NCBI GenBank assembly: GCA_045578765.1
Contig: JAZNKV010000016.1
Coordinates: 26,796 to 90,795, forward strand
Length of the DNA stretch: 64,000 nucleotides
Reading direction: 5' to 3'
Origin: Christensenellaceae bacterium
GTDB lineage: Bacteria; Bacillota; Clostridia; Christensenellales; Borkfalkiaceae
A program made the translations under genes and the position numbers. This document shows, in pieces, positions 28,314 to 38,453 of this stretch. Under the pieces are notes generated by a model that worked only from the letters and a program-made list of their open reading frames with translations, did no database searches and was not told the DNA's origin. Positions within the stretch are counted from its first letter, which is position 1, and every line of letters begins with the position of its first letter.

Positions 28314-29182
28314 TACTCTAAATTTTGTACCTGTTCTCTAACTTTTTCAATTTCGTTTTTAAGTTCTAACGCATAGCCGGTAACTTCTATATCGTTCGAC
28401 TTTGAACATATGGTATTTGTTTCTCTATTAAACTCTTGCATCAAGAAGTCAAGCTTTTTACCCATTCCATCAACTTTCACTATATCTTTGAATTGGCAAA
28501 CGTGCGAATTTAGCCTAGTAAGTTCTTCATCAATGTTAGCCTTATCGGTGAAAAATGCCACTTCGTTAAGAAGCCTGGTTTCATCATACTTAACTTCAGC
28601 AAGAGCTTCGCTAATCCTATTTTTAAGCTTTTCTTTATACTCTTTTGCTACCATTGGAGCGCGACGTGAAATTTTTTCAACCAAACTCTTAATCGTATCC
28701 ATTCTACAAAGCATGTCCGCAACAAGTTTCTCGCCTTCTAACTTACGCATTTCATTTAATTTTTCACACGCGCTTTGTACGGTTGACTTAACAATTTCTG
28801 TAAACTCGGTCATATCCGGTGCGGTTGCGTCGGTAATAACGTCAGGCAAGCGCATAATCATACTCACCGAGCAATCGTTATCAAGACCAAGTGCATTAGA
28901 TATTTCTTTACTTGCATTGTAGTAACTTTGCGCCTTTTCTAAATTAACAGATATAGATGAAGATGCTTCTCTTTGATCGGAAAAATTAAAGAACAAATCT
29001 ATGCGCCCACGCTTTACGAAAGTTTGAACAGTTTTTCTTACAACGTCCTCTAGTGCAATAAACGCCCTTGGCATTTTTGGATTAAAATCAAAGTTACGGT
29101 TATTAACCGTTTTAAGTTCCACCGTAAGCGTAATTCCATCTTTAGAATATTCCGCACGGCCGTACCCAGTCATACTGTACAT
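28313..29182 (-). CDS. yicC: YicC/YloC family endoribonuclease
   Basis: MTGYGRAE N-terminus, C-terminal DUF1732-like EIEKVREQVQNLE, and conserved position upstream of gmk. Confidence 0.85.
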   Translation of the reverse strand: MYSMTGYGRAEYSKDGITLTVELKTVNNRNFDFNPKMPRAFIALEDVVRKTVQTFVKRGRIDLFFNFSDQREASSSISVNLEKAQSYYNASKEISNALGLDNDCSVSMIMRLPDVITDATAPDMTEFTEIVKSTVQSACEKLNEMRKLEGEKLVADMLCRMDTIKSLVEKISRRAPMVAKEYKEKLKNRISEALAEVKYDETRLLNEVAFFTDKANIDEELTRLNSHVCQFKDIVKVDGMGKKLDFLMQEFNRETNTICSKSNDIEVTGYALELKNEIEKVREQVQNLE

Positions 29183-29253
29183 ATTACACTCCTAAACGAC
29201 ACGGCAGTCATATTTTAAAATATAATATATTTTATCACAAAAAAACATATTTA

Positions 29254-31197
29254 TCAAGTTTTTATAAGCGATTTAAAAGTTTCTTCATCTATTATTTTAA
29301 TATTTAACTTACGCGCCTTATCAAGTTTGCTCCCTGCATTTTCGCCAGCAAGCACAATCGTTGTGTTTTTTGACACACTCGAAACAACTTCGCCCCCTAA
29401 ACTCTCTATTATTTTACTCGCTTCATCTCTCTTAAAACTAGCAAGCGTGCCCGTCAAAACGACTTTTTCACCTGAAAAAATGCCGTCATGATTTATTTTT
29501 TGCTCATAAATGATTGTAACGCCAAGACTTAAAAGTTCATTAATCTCATTGATGTTTTCTTGGTCACGGAAGAAATTATAAATTCCATCCGCAACAATAT
29601 CACCAACCTCATCAATAGCAAGCAAACTTTCTTTATCCGCCTCTATCAAGTCATCAATACTTAAAAATCTTTTTGCTAAGTCTTTTGCCGTCTTTTTCCC
29701 CACGTTATCTATACCAAGTGCAAATATAAAGTTATCAAAGGCAACAGTTTTCGATTTTTCTATCGCGTTAAATAAATTATTAGTCTTAGCTTGTTTATAT
29801 CCTTCAAGATTACTTATTTTAACTCTATCAAGCGTGTATAGACAGGAAAATTTATCTACACCAAACTCATCAAACAATAGGCCGGCTGTCATTTCGCTAA
29901 ACCCTTCTATATTCATCCCAGCTTTACTTGCAAAATGAGTAAGTTTTGCAATTACTCTCGGCCTACATTTTTTATTTGGACAAAACAAATTTGCACCAGT
30001 TTCAATAAGTTGTGTATTACAATATGGACAAATAGAGGGCTTTTCTACAGGAGTTGAACTATCATAAACTTCTGTCGTGCCCAAAATTTCGGGTATGACT
30101 TCGTTACTTCTTCTAACTAACACGCGAGCGCCAATCATAACGCCTTTTCTTAAAACATCACCGTAATTGTTAAGCGTTGCTTTTCTAACCGTTGCACCCG
30201 CAAGTTCCGTCGGCTCAAGTATCCCAAGAGGAGTAAGTTTTCCCGTTCTACCAACTTGCCACTTAACGTCATTAAGTATTGTCGTAACTTCTTCAGCCTC
30301 AAACTTAAACGCAATTGCCCAACGCGGAAATTTATCAGTATTGCCAAGCTCTTCTCTTTTCTTAAAATCATTTAGTTTGACAACGGCGCCATCAGTTAAA
30401 ATATCAAGTGTTTTCCTACTGATTTCAATATCTTTTATTGCACGCATAACTTCTTCAATATCTCTGCAAACCGCAAGATATGGGTGAACCTTAAATCCGT
30501 TTTCTTTTAAAAACTCAACACATTCAACTTGTGAAGAAAAGTCCTTGCCTTCGATATAGTTAACGTTGTAAAACAATATTTCAACGCGTCTTTTTTCGGT
30601 AACTTTAGGGTCCAAATTCCTTATTGCGCCAGCAACAGCGTTGCGGGCATTTTTTAGCGGTTCACTAGCTGTTTTGTTGTATTCATCAAGTACTGACAAC
30701 CTTATTATTGCTTCTCCTTGAACCTCAACTTTGCCTTGATGCTCAATAGTTAGCGGAAAGCTTTTTACTGTTAAAACCTGTGCCGTAACGTCTTCCCCCT
30801 CAACACCATTCCCGCGAGTTGAAGCACATATAAATTTGCCGTTTTCATACGTCAAACAAACTGTCAAACCGTCAAACTTATACTCTACGGTGTAATCAAA
30901 CCCTTGCCCTTCTTTGTTTATTCTTTTATCAAAAGCAATAAGTTCTTCTTCCGTTGTAGCCTTATCAAGACTATACAGTCTATTTACGTGCTTGTGTTTC
31001 TTAAAAGCAGAAATAGGCTCTCCACCCACTCGTTTTGTAGGCGAATCAAATAAGACAACACCTGTTTCTTTTTCAAGTTTTACAAGTTGATCATATAACG
31101 CATCGTATTCTTTGTCGGATACGGTTGGATTATCTAAAACGTAATATTCATGCGCATATTTATTAAGAAGATCAACTATTTTTCTCATTTTATCCAT
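29254..31197 (-). CDS. ligA: NAD-dependent DNA ligase
   Basis: It has the adenylation lysine motif EYKFDG, a Zn finger (CPYCNTQL...CPNKKC), HhH repeats and a BRCT tail. The ATG at 31197 has GGAG 7 nt upstream and overlaps the pcrA end. Confidence 0.92.
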   Translation of the reverse strand: MDKMRKIVDLLNKYAHEYYVLDNPTVSDKEYDALYDQLVKLEKETGVVLFDSPTKRVGGEPISAFKKHKHVNRLYSLDKATTEEELIAFDKRINKEGQGFDYTVEYKFDGLTVCLTYENGKFICASTRGNGVEGEDVTAQVLTVKSFPLTIEHQGKVEVQGEAIIRLSVLDEYNKTASEPLKNARNAVAGAIRNLDPKVTEKRRVEILFYNVNYIEGKDFSSQVECVEFLKENGFKVHPYLAVCRDIEEVMRAIKDIEISRKTLDILTDGAVVKLNDFKKREELGNTDKFPRWAIAFKFEAEEVTTILNDVKWQVGRTGKLTPLGILEPTELAGATVRKATLNNYGDVLRKGVMIGARVLVRRSNEVIPEILGTTEVYDSSTPVEKPSICPYCNTQLIETGANLFCPNKKCRPRVIAKLTHFASKAGMNIEGFSEMTAGLLFDEFGVDKFSCLYTLDRVKISNLEGYKQAKTNNLFNAIEKSKTVAFDNFIFALGIDNVGKKTAKDLAKRFLSIDDLIEADKESLLAIDEVGDIVADGIYNFFRDQENINEINELLSLGVTIIYEQKINHDGIFSGEKVVLTGTLASFKRDEASKIIESLGGEVVSSVSKNTTIVLAGENAGSKLDKARKLNIKIIDEETFKSLIKT

Positions 31198-33427
31198 TTA
31201 TTATCTCCATAGGTGCAAACTTTAAGGAAAGCGACTTTATTCCAACACCCTTAAAAGCAACGTCAACAACGGTAGTTTCCCCTTGTCCTTTTACACAAAT
31301 AACCACACCTTCGCCAAATTTTACGTGGTGAACGCGCGTTCCAGACTTATAATTTGAATATGCAACGCCCTTATTTTCTTGCGGTTTTGTTCCCATTATC
31401 GTCTTTTTTGCATAATTAGAAGTATAGCCACCAGCAGATTTATAATCGTCTTGCTCGTCATAAAAACGAATTGGTTTATTAAAATTTTCGCTTTCTTTTT
31501 TAATAGGCGCTGGCGACAAAATCGCTTGAGCTTCCTTTAAAAAACGCGATTGCGTCATATACTCGCGCTTACCGTAGAGATATCTACTCATAGCGCGCGT
31601 TAAATATAATCTTTCCATAGCCCTAGTAACAGCAACGTACATCAGCCTACGCTCTTCTTCAAGCTCGCTAGGCTCATCAACACTCCTAGGCGTTGGAATA
31701 ATTTTTTCATCAAGCCCAGAAACAAACACACATTTATACTCTAAACCTTTAACTGCGTGAATTGTTGCGATAGTTACAGCATCTTCTGCGTTTATCGCGT
31801 CGGTATCAGAACTTAAAGTAACAGAATTCAAATAATCAGCAAGCGTAACGACTCCGTTGTCTTTTTCAAATTGGTCAGCAGAGTTTTTTAATTCGCTTAT
31901 ATTGTAAAGTTTTGACATTGCATCTTCAGTTTTTTCTTCAAATTGATCTAAAAAGCCCGTGCTATCCAGCACAAAATCTATTACGTCAACAATTTTATTT
32001 GCCCTTGAAAATGCCCTAAAGCTATCTAACAACTTACCAAAATTATAAAGTTTTGTTTTTGCTGAGCTTGAAATTGCAGATTGCTCCAGTTTAAAAACAC
32101 TTTCGTACAAGGAATATGAATTCGCCACCGCAAATTCTCTAAGATCTTTTAACGTCTTGTCACCTATTCCGCGCTTAGGTGTGGCAATTGCTCTTAAAAA
32201 CGACTCATCGTCTCGTTCGTTGTTAATCACTTTTAAATACGCTAAAACGTCTTTAATTTCCTTTCTTTCAAAAAATTTAAACCCGCCAAAAACCTTGCAA
32301 GGAATACCATATTTCATAAACTCTTGCTCGTACGCACGCGACAAGGCATTCACACGCATGAAAACAGCGAAATCACGGTAATTATAACTTTGATTGCGCT
32401 CCATCAAGTTTTTAATTTGTAGAGCAGTAAACGTCGCTTCATTGTTTTCATCGTTACCAACAAAAACCTCAACCTTAACCCCGTCTGCATTATCCGTCCA
32501 CAACTCTTTTTCGCGCCTTTCGGTATTGTTTTTTATAATGGCATTTGCTAGTTGCAGTATCTTTTTTGTAGAGCGATAATTTCGTTCCAACTTAAATACT
32601 TTTGCCCCACGATAAATATCGTCAAATGACAAAATGTTTTCTATTTTAGCGCCACGCCAACCATAAATACTTTGATCATCATCACCAACAACAAAAATAT
32701 TTCCGTGCTTTCTAGAAAGAATTTTAGCAATAGCAAATTGAACTTTATTTGTATCTTGAAACTCGTCTATATGTATATACTCAAATTTTTGCGCATAATA
32801 ATCAGCCACTTCTGGATGGGAAGTGAATAAATAATATGTTTTAAGTAATAAATCATCAAAGTCGAGCGCGTTTGACTTTATAAGCATTTGCTCATATTCG
32901 TTGTAAATTGAATAATATTCTTCAACAAATCTGTCGTGAGCGTATGCCCTTTTATATTCGATCGGTGCTAAACACTCGTTTTTCGCATTGGAAATAACGT
33001 TTTTAACAGGCTTTAAGAACTTATCTACATCATAACCCAACCCGTCAATAACACGCTTTAAAACTTTATCCTTGTCAGTTTCATCATAAATAGTAAAGTT
33101 TACGTCATAACCGATTTTATCAATATCGCGACGCAAAATTCTAACGCACATACTATGGATTGTTGAAACCCACATATCGTAAAGATCACCAACGATATTT
33201 TTTAGCCTTTCTTTCATTTCGTTAGCGGCCTTGTTAGTAAACGTTATTGCCATAATATTGCTTGGAGATACGTTTTTTTGCATTATTAAATATGCGATTC
33301 TAGTTGTTAAAACACGAGTTTTACCACTACCCGCACCCGCAATAACTAAAACGGCACCTTCAGTTTCAAGCACCGGCTTAATTTGTTCTTCATTTAATTG
33401 TTGTAAAAGTTCATTGATATCGGTCAT
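31190..33427 (-). CDS. pcrA: ATP-dependent DNA helicase PcrA (UvrD family)
   Basis: AGAGSGKT, DEFQDT, and a C-terminal Tudor-like GTRVHHVKFGEG. Confidence 0.92.
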   Translation of the reverse strand: MTDINELLQQLNEEQIKPVLETEGAVLVIAGAGSGKTRVLTTRIAYLIMQKNVSPSNIMAITFTNKAANEMKERLKNIVGDLYDMWVSTIHSMCVRILRRDIDKIGYDVNFTIYDETDKDKVLKRVIDGLGYDVDKFLKPVKNVISNAKNECLAPIEYKRAYAHDRFVEEYYSIYNEYEQMLIKSNALDFDDLLLKTYYLFTSHPEVADYYAQKFEYIHIDEFQDTNKVQFAIAKILSRKHGNIFVVGDDDQSIYGWRGAKIENILSFDDIYRGAKVFKLERNYRSTKKILQLANAIIKNNTERREKELWTDNADGVKVEVFVGNDENNEATFTALQIKNLMERNQSYNYRDFAVFMRVNALSRAYEQEFMKYGIPCKVFGGFKFFERKEIKDVLAYLKVINNERDDESFLRAIATPKRGIGDKTLKDLREFAVANSYSLYESVFKLEQSAISSSAKTKLYNFGKLLDSFRAFSRANKIVDVIDFVLDSTGFLDQFEEKTEDAMSKLYNISELKNSADQFEKDNGVVTLADYLNSVTLSSDTDAINAEDAVTIATIHAVKGLEYKCVFVSGLDEKIIPTPRSVDEPSELEEERRLMYVAVTRAMERLYLTRAMSRYLYGKREYMTQSRFLKEAQAILSPAPIKKESENFNKPIRFYDEQDDYKSAGGYTSNYAKKTIMGTKPQENKGVAYSNYKSGTRVHHVKFGEGVVICVKGQGETTVVDVAFKGVGIKSLSLKFAPMEIING

Positions 33428-33570
33428 AATTTCTCCTGAAATTATTATAACACAAACCGCATCATTTGTTCAACTATAAACGCACAAAACAACACATAAT
33501 TGGCTTAATTTTCTTGCAATGTACAATCTTTTGTGATATATTATAAACAAGCTAAAAATAAGGTGAATTT

Positions 33571-34413
33571 ATGAAAAAAACACACTTAATCAACAAAACT
33601 GTTGTAATATCAGGCGCAAGTGGTGGACTTGGCTTTGCCGTAGCAAAACTTCTTATAGAAAAGTATAACTGCAAAATTATCGGCATAGCGAGAAACGAAC
33701 AAAAAATTAAAACCGCCATTGAAACTTTAGGCGATAAAAAAGAAAACTTTACCTACCGTCTGTTTGACGTTTCAGTAAAAGAAAACTGGGTAAATTTTTA
33801 TAACGAGCTTGTTGAAAGCAATACTCAAATAGATATGCTTATAAACAACGCTGGGTTCATGCTCCCCTTTGCTACATTTGAAAAGTATACCGACCAACAA
33901 GTAGAAGAAATTATTAACACAAATTTTATTGCAAACGTAAATTCAGTTAAAGTTCTTTTGCCTTTATTAAAAAAGTCAAAAACACCGTCTATTGTTAATA
34001 TTAGTAGTGCTGCGGGGCTTTGCGTTGTTGTGGGGCAAAGCATGTACTGTGCAACAAAGTTTGCAATGCGTGGGTTTACTGAATCTCTTCAACAAGATTA
34101 CAAAAAGCAAATTTACGTTGGCGGAGTTTATCCTGGATTTATTAAAACGGATATTTTGAATAGACAAAGCATTGATGACAAAAGCAATAAACTTATCCAT
34201 AAACTTATGATGCCTGTAGAAAAAGCATCCAAAAAAATCGTTAAGGGTATTGCAAAAAAGAAAAAACGTATAGTTATGGGTGTTGATGGAAGATTCATGA
34301 ACTTTTTTGGAAAGATAATGCCAAAAGCAACCCCTTCAATTATTACAAAAGTCTTAAAAACTTCTAAACTTGACATGTTTGAAGAAGTGTTCGAATACAA
34401 GGAGAAAAAATGA
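33571..34413 (+). CDS. SDR family oxidoreductase
   Basis: GASGGLG cofactor motif, NNAG and catalytic YCATK. Confidence 0.8.
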   Translation: MKKTHLINKTVVISGASGGLGFAVAKLLIEKYNCKIIGIARNEQKIKTAIETLGDKKENFTYRLFDVSVKENWVNFYNELVESNTQIDMLINNAGFMLPFATFEKYTDQQVEEIINTNFIANVNSVKVLLPLLKKSKTPSIVNISSAAGLCVVVGQSMYCATKFAMRGFTESLQQDYKKQIYVGGVYPGFIKTDILNRQSIDDKSNKLIHKLMMPVEKASKKIVKGIAKKKKRIVMGVDGRFMNFFGKIMPKATPSIITKVLKTSKLDMFEEVFEYKEKK

Positions 34414-35246
34414 AAAGAATTTTAACCATACAAGATATTTCTTGTGTAGGAAAATGTTCACTTACCGTTGCGCTACCAATTATTTCAGCATGTGGAATTG
34501 AGTGTAGCGCATTACCAACGGCAGTATTGTCAACACATACGGCGTTCAACGGTTTTACTTTCCGTGATTTAACCGGAGATTTAACCGCAATAACTAAACA
34601 CTGGAAAGAACAAAATATTGATTTTTCCGCATTGTACACTGGCTATCTTGGCTCATTTGAACAACTTAAAATCGTGTCAAATATTTTTGACGAATATAAA
34701 AATGATAAAAACTTTATATTAGTCGATCCTGTAATGGCTGACAATGGTAAACTATATGCAGGATTTAACTTAGAGTTCGCTAAAGCAATGTCTTTATTGT
34801 GCAAAAAAGCTGACGTAGTGGTTCCTAACTTAACCGAGGCTTGTTTTATGTTGAATCGTGAGTATATTCCTAATGATTATAGCGAAGATTATATCAAAGA
34901 TATTCTAAAAGAATTAACTGATATAGGCGCTAAAATTGCAGTTTTAACAGGTGTTAGCTTTAGCAAAAACGAACTTGGCGTTTATGCTTACGACAAAGTT
35001 AAAGACGAATATTTTTACTACTATAGAGAAAAACTTCCCAAAAGTTTTCACGGCACGGGAGATGTTTTCGCAAGCTCGCTATGCGGTGCAATGACCGTTG
35101 GGAAGGACGTTAAATCGGCGTTAAAAATCGCAGTTGATTTTACTGTTGAAAGTATAAAAAACACTATCAACAATCCCAATAGTAATTGGTACGGCGTTGA
35201 GTTTGAAAGTGCTCTTCCTCTGCTTATAAATAGCTTATCTAAATAA
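34410..35246 (+). CDS. pdxK: pyridoxal/pyridoxamine kinase (ribokinase superfamily)
   Basis: ILTIQDISCVGKCSL, DPVMADNGKLY and GTGDVFAS motifs. It overlaps the SDR stop (ATGA). Confidence 0.8.
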   Translation: MKRILTIQDISCVGKCSLTVALPIISACGIECSALPTAVLSTHTAFNGFTFRDLTGDLTAITKHWKEQNIDFSALYTGYLGSFEQLKIVSNIFDEYKNDKNFILVDPVMADNGKLYAGFNLEFAKAMSLLCKKADVVVPNLTEACFMLNREYIPNDYSEDYIKDILKELTDIGAKIAVLTGVSFSKNELGVYAYDKVKDEYFYYYREKLPKSFHGTGDVFASSLCGAMTVGKDVKSALKIAVDFTVESIKNTINNPNSNWYGVEFESALPLLINSLSK

Positions 35247-35252
35247 ACAATA

Positions 35253-35299
35253 AAAAAATGCTTTTGCAAAATTGCAAAAGCATTTTTATTTTTTTTATT
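35253..35299. terminator. bidirectional terminator
   Basis: A long near-perfect palindrome, aaaaatgcttttgcaa / ttgcaaaagcattttt (35255-35288), has T runs on both strands. Confidence 0.8.
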
Positions 35300-35822
35300 A
35301 AAGTTTAACAAAAAAGTCTGGTCTATGGAAAGTATTATCGCAAGCGGGTTGCCACGCAATTAAATGTTTATCCCTTGTACCACCTTCGGTTTCAATTCTA
35401 AAGGCGTTAAACAAAATACCAATTTCTTTATTATAACCTATTTTATTTAGGGGAAGTGCAAAACTGCACTTATAATCATTGCCGTTTTTAACAACTTTTG
35501 ACTCAACAAAACATTTTTTAACAGGCTCTAGACTAATATCACCATTGCCGTTATTTGTTATTTTCATTAAAAACACGCAATTATTCGGCGCAACTTCAAC
35601 TTCGTAGTAATGTTTACGGCTTCCGTCAGTACAAATGAAAGCTTCGCAAACGTCACCCTCAAATATATCACTATTATACGTATCACCCGTACAATAAAAT
35701 TTTGAGTCCTTACAGTCAAATTCAAATTTTAAATGTGTTTCTGTTAAGGTGATCTTACACTCAGTAGCACACTTAGCTGGGTCACCTGTCCTGTAATTTC
35801 TTAATGTCTTCTTTATTTCCAT
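35298..35822 (-). CDS. carbohydrate-binding family 9-like (DOMON-like) protein without a signal peptide
   Basis: 174 aa. The pattern EAFI...YYEVEVAPNN...NAFRIE...FHRPDFF is typical of CBM9-like proteins (from memory). No N-terminal hydrophobic segment. Confidence 0.6.
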   Translation of the reverse strand: MEIKKTLRNYRTGDPAKCATECKITLTETHLKFEFDCKDSKFYCTGDTYNSDIFEGDVCEAFICTDGSRKHYYEVEVAPNNCVFLMKITNNGNGDISLEPVKKCFVESKVVKNGNDYKCSFALPLNKIGYNKEIGILFNAFRIETEGGTRDKHLIAWQPACDNTFHRPDFFVKL

Positions 35823-35831
35823 AATAAATCC

Positions 35832-36914
35832 TTACTTAGTAATTGTAACTTTATTTAGCGCTCTTGGGCTATCGGGATTGTTACCAATCGCACAAGAAAT
35901 TTTACAAGCAAACATTTGTGCAAAAATCGCAAAAGCAAACATACATACTTCTTCTGGCACACTAAAGTCGATAAAAGCATCGTTGCACTTTGAAAATCTA
36001 CCCTTTAACAAAACGTCATTAGTAACTAAAAGCACCGGCGCTTTTAAAGACAGCATCTTCTCTATACACTGAATTTGGTCTGAACGGACAAGCTTTTTCA
36101 TCTCTTCATCGCCTTTGTTTTCCGCACAATAAATAATGACGGGTGTTTGTTCGTTCACCATTGCCATAGGCCCGTGATAAAAGTCACTGCCTGCATAGCC
36201 TTTCATTTGAATATAACAAGTTTCTTGAAGTTTTAGTGACGCTTCTAGTGCAATAGGATATGTAACACCGCGTGAAAGAACAAAACCACTGTTCATAGCC
36301 TTGAATTTCTCAGCATACTTTGTTGTTAACGCGTCTATTTTTGGAAAAACCTTCGTAATTTCCGCCTTAAGATTCTTTAAGAACATAAGGTATTCTCTAT
36401 TATTAGCAAGTTCCGCCGCCAGCCACAAAAGAATAAAAAGTTGAGCATTAAACGTCTTGGTCGCAGCGACACTGCTTTCTAGCCCCGCTTCACAGCAAAG
36501 ATGATACTTTGCTTGCTTAGCCATAGGGCTATTGGCGTCATTAGTAACGGCAATTGTGATTGCACCTTGCTCATTACCTTTTTTAATAACTTCTAAAACG
36601 TCCGCCGCCTTACCGCTTTGGCTACAGCCTATAACAATGCTGTTAGAATAATTGATTTTACCTTTGTAAAGAGTTATAACGCTTGGCGCAGATAAGCCGA
36701 CAGTATACTCAGAGTTAACTTCTAACACATACTTAAAGTAAATAAGTGCATGATCCGAAGTACCCCTTGCCGCAGCCACAAAATTACGCGCCGTGCCATT
36801 TTTAACGTCTTTAACAAGTGAGTTCATAACGTGCACATTTGCTTGTTGAATTTCGCTAAAAATTCTTGGAGTTTCATTGATTTCTTTCCACATTAAAGTA
36901 TCTAAATAATTCAT
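35832..36914 (-). CDS. double-SIS-domain sugar-phosphate isomerase/deglycase-like protein (GlmS C-terminal / AgaS / FrlB-like)
   Basis: 360 aa with two SIS repeats (AARGTSDHA...GCSQSGKAADV, and a second half with GYAGSDFYHGP). Confidence 0.78.
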   Translation of the reverse strand: MNYLDTLMWKEINETPRIFSEIQQANVHVMNSLVKDVKNGTARNFVAAARGTSDHALIYFKYVLEVNSEYTVGLSAPSVITLYKGKINYSNSIVIGCSQSGKAADVLEVIKKGNEQGAITIAVTNDANSPMAKQAKYHLCCEAGLESSVAATKTFNAQLFILLWLAAELANNREYLMFLKNLKAEITKVFPKIDALTTKYAEKFKAMNSGFVLSRGVTYPIALEASLKLQETCYIQMKGYAGSDFYHGPMAMVNEQTPVIIYCAENKGDEEMKKLVRSDQIQCIEKMLSLKAPVLLVTNDVLLKGRFSKCNDAFIDFSVPEEVCMFAFAIFAQMFACKISCAIGNNPDSPRALNKVTITK

Positions 36915-36967
36915 AACACCCTTCCTTAGTATTATTCTATCACTTTAATATGGTATTGTCAATAGGT

Positions 36968-38329
36968 TTATTTTATTTCGGGTAATGAAGCAGCTGCAAT
37001 ACTTTGACCAACACGCTTGTTAGATTCATCAGGCATTGTAATATTTATATTTGCAAATTTAGGGAATTCTTCTTTTAATACTTGCTTCGCCCTTTCAACT
37101 ATAATACTTCCACCTTCACCACTAGTTACTCTACCGAGAAGTAACAAGTGCTTAATTTGATAGAATTCAGAGTAATATGGTATAGCATATCCTAAATAAG
37201 TACCAATATCTTCATATATTTGTCTTGCCATTGCATCGCCATTTTTCATTAAGCCTTGAATTTCTTTTAACCTTTCCGCTGGTGAAGAATCTTCGCTAAA
37301 CTTGTACCCTGCATTTTCAGCAAGTTTAATTACACCGTCTTGAGAGAAGTATTTAACACCACAACCATAATCACCGCTCCATTCGTCAACCATAGCGTCT
37401 TTGTTAAAGTCAACAGGTACGAATGCAACTTCACTCAACCAACCGTTCAAAAGGCCTTGATTGTTGATGTAACCAACAGCTTCACTAGTTCCCATAGCAA
37501 TACCAAGAACACAGTTATCCTTTAAGTCAATTGCCCCAGCAAGAGCGGTAACGTCACCGTCGTTTGCAACTTCTAATGGAGCATTAAATTCTTTAGCGAT
37601 ATCAATATACATGTTTTGAACGTGCGGTTTATAGTCTTCCTTAGGAACTTTTAAGAAAAGTGATGCAACCATGATCTTGTTGTTAATGTAAACGCCCGCA
37701 CTTGAAACGCCAATAGCATCAACTCTCGGCATCTTTGACGCTGCAGTTTGCATTGCCGCTTTGATTCCTTCATAATGATAGTGATAATCCGAATTGATTT
37801 TTGGGAACCAAACAACTTCTTCGCTATAAACAACTTTACCATCAACTACAGCGCTTACCTTTCTATCACTTCCGCCTGCATCAAAGCCAATACGACATCC
37901 GTCAAGGTGCCCACCAATTTTTACAGAGCATTTGTTTTCCTTCGGGAAAGATTTTTCATCCGTTATAATAACTTCAAACGGACATTCGTATACCGTTTGC
38001 ATAAAGTCAACGTCAAACGCGCGCAAACCCTTATCGGTATAATCGGCTTTGATTTTTTCGTAAACGAAATCATCACCGCAAATATAAATCTTATATCCAC
38101 CTACAACCCATAAGATTGACTTAATAATTCTTTCAGCAACCTTATAGTTTTCCAAACCCTTATCTTGTTCTGCAAAAATTTTAAGTTCGTAAATATAATT
38201 GTATCCATCATTTCTTTCAACGCAAAGCTTAAGCGTTTTATTTGGCGCTTTTTCAACTTGTTCTTTGAATTCTTTAAGCTTTAAGCTTAAGGGATAAAAT
38301 CCTTGATCATATTTGGGAATAAATTTCAT
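36968..38329 (-). CDS. ROK family protein with a ~140-aa N-terminal extension
   Basis: It has a sugar-kinase/ASKHA core (GFDAGGSDRKV, ANDGDVTALAG, GTSEAVGY). I did not see a CxCGxxGC zinc motif. 453 aa against ~300 for plain ROK kinases. Confidence 0.72.
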   Translation of the reverse strand: MKFIPKYDQGFYPLSLKLKEFKEQVEKAPNKTLKLCVERNDGYNYIYELKIFAEQDKGLENYKVAERIIKSILWVVGGYKIYICGDDFVYEKIKADYTDKGLRAFDVDFMQTVYECPFEVIITDEKSFPKENKCSVKIGGHLDGCRIGFDAGGSDRKVSAVVDGKVVYSEEVVWFPKINSDYHYHYEGIKAAMQTAASKMPRVDAIGVSSAGVYINNKIMVASLFLKVPKEDYKPHVQNMYIDIAKEFNAPLEVANDGDVTALAGAIDLKDNCVLGIAMGTSEAVGYINNQGLLNGWLSEVAFVPVDFNKDAMVDEWSGDYGCGVKYFSQDGVIKLAENAGYKFSEDSSPAERLKEIQGLMKNGDAMARQIYEDIGTYLGYAIPYYSEFYQIKHLLLLGRVTSGEGGSIIVERAKQVLKEEFPKFANINITMPDESNKRVGQSIAAASLPEIK

Positions 38330-38453
38330 AATTATCTCCTTGTTTTTTATACTTTAATTATACTATAATTTTTATAGCCTACTTTTATAAATTTGAAACA
38401 ATTATTTGCATAAAAAGACAAAAAATCAACTTTTACTTGCTTTTTGTTAAACA

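Noticed and set aside
28410-28922. 170-aa ORF antisense to yicC, and many similar antisense ORFs (for example 48250-48663, 8537-8866, 30167-30487, 60905-61234)
   Set aside because: These have the Ser/Leu/Ile/Phe-rich low-complexity composition typical of the reverse frame of AT-rich coding DNA. Each is fully nested in a well-supported gene on the other strand, and none has an SD.
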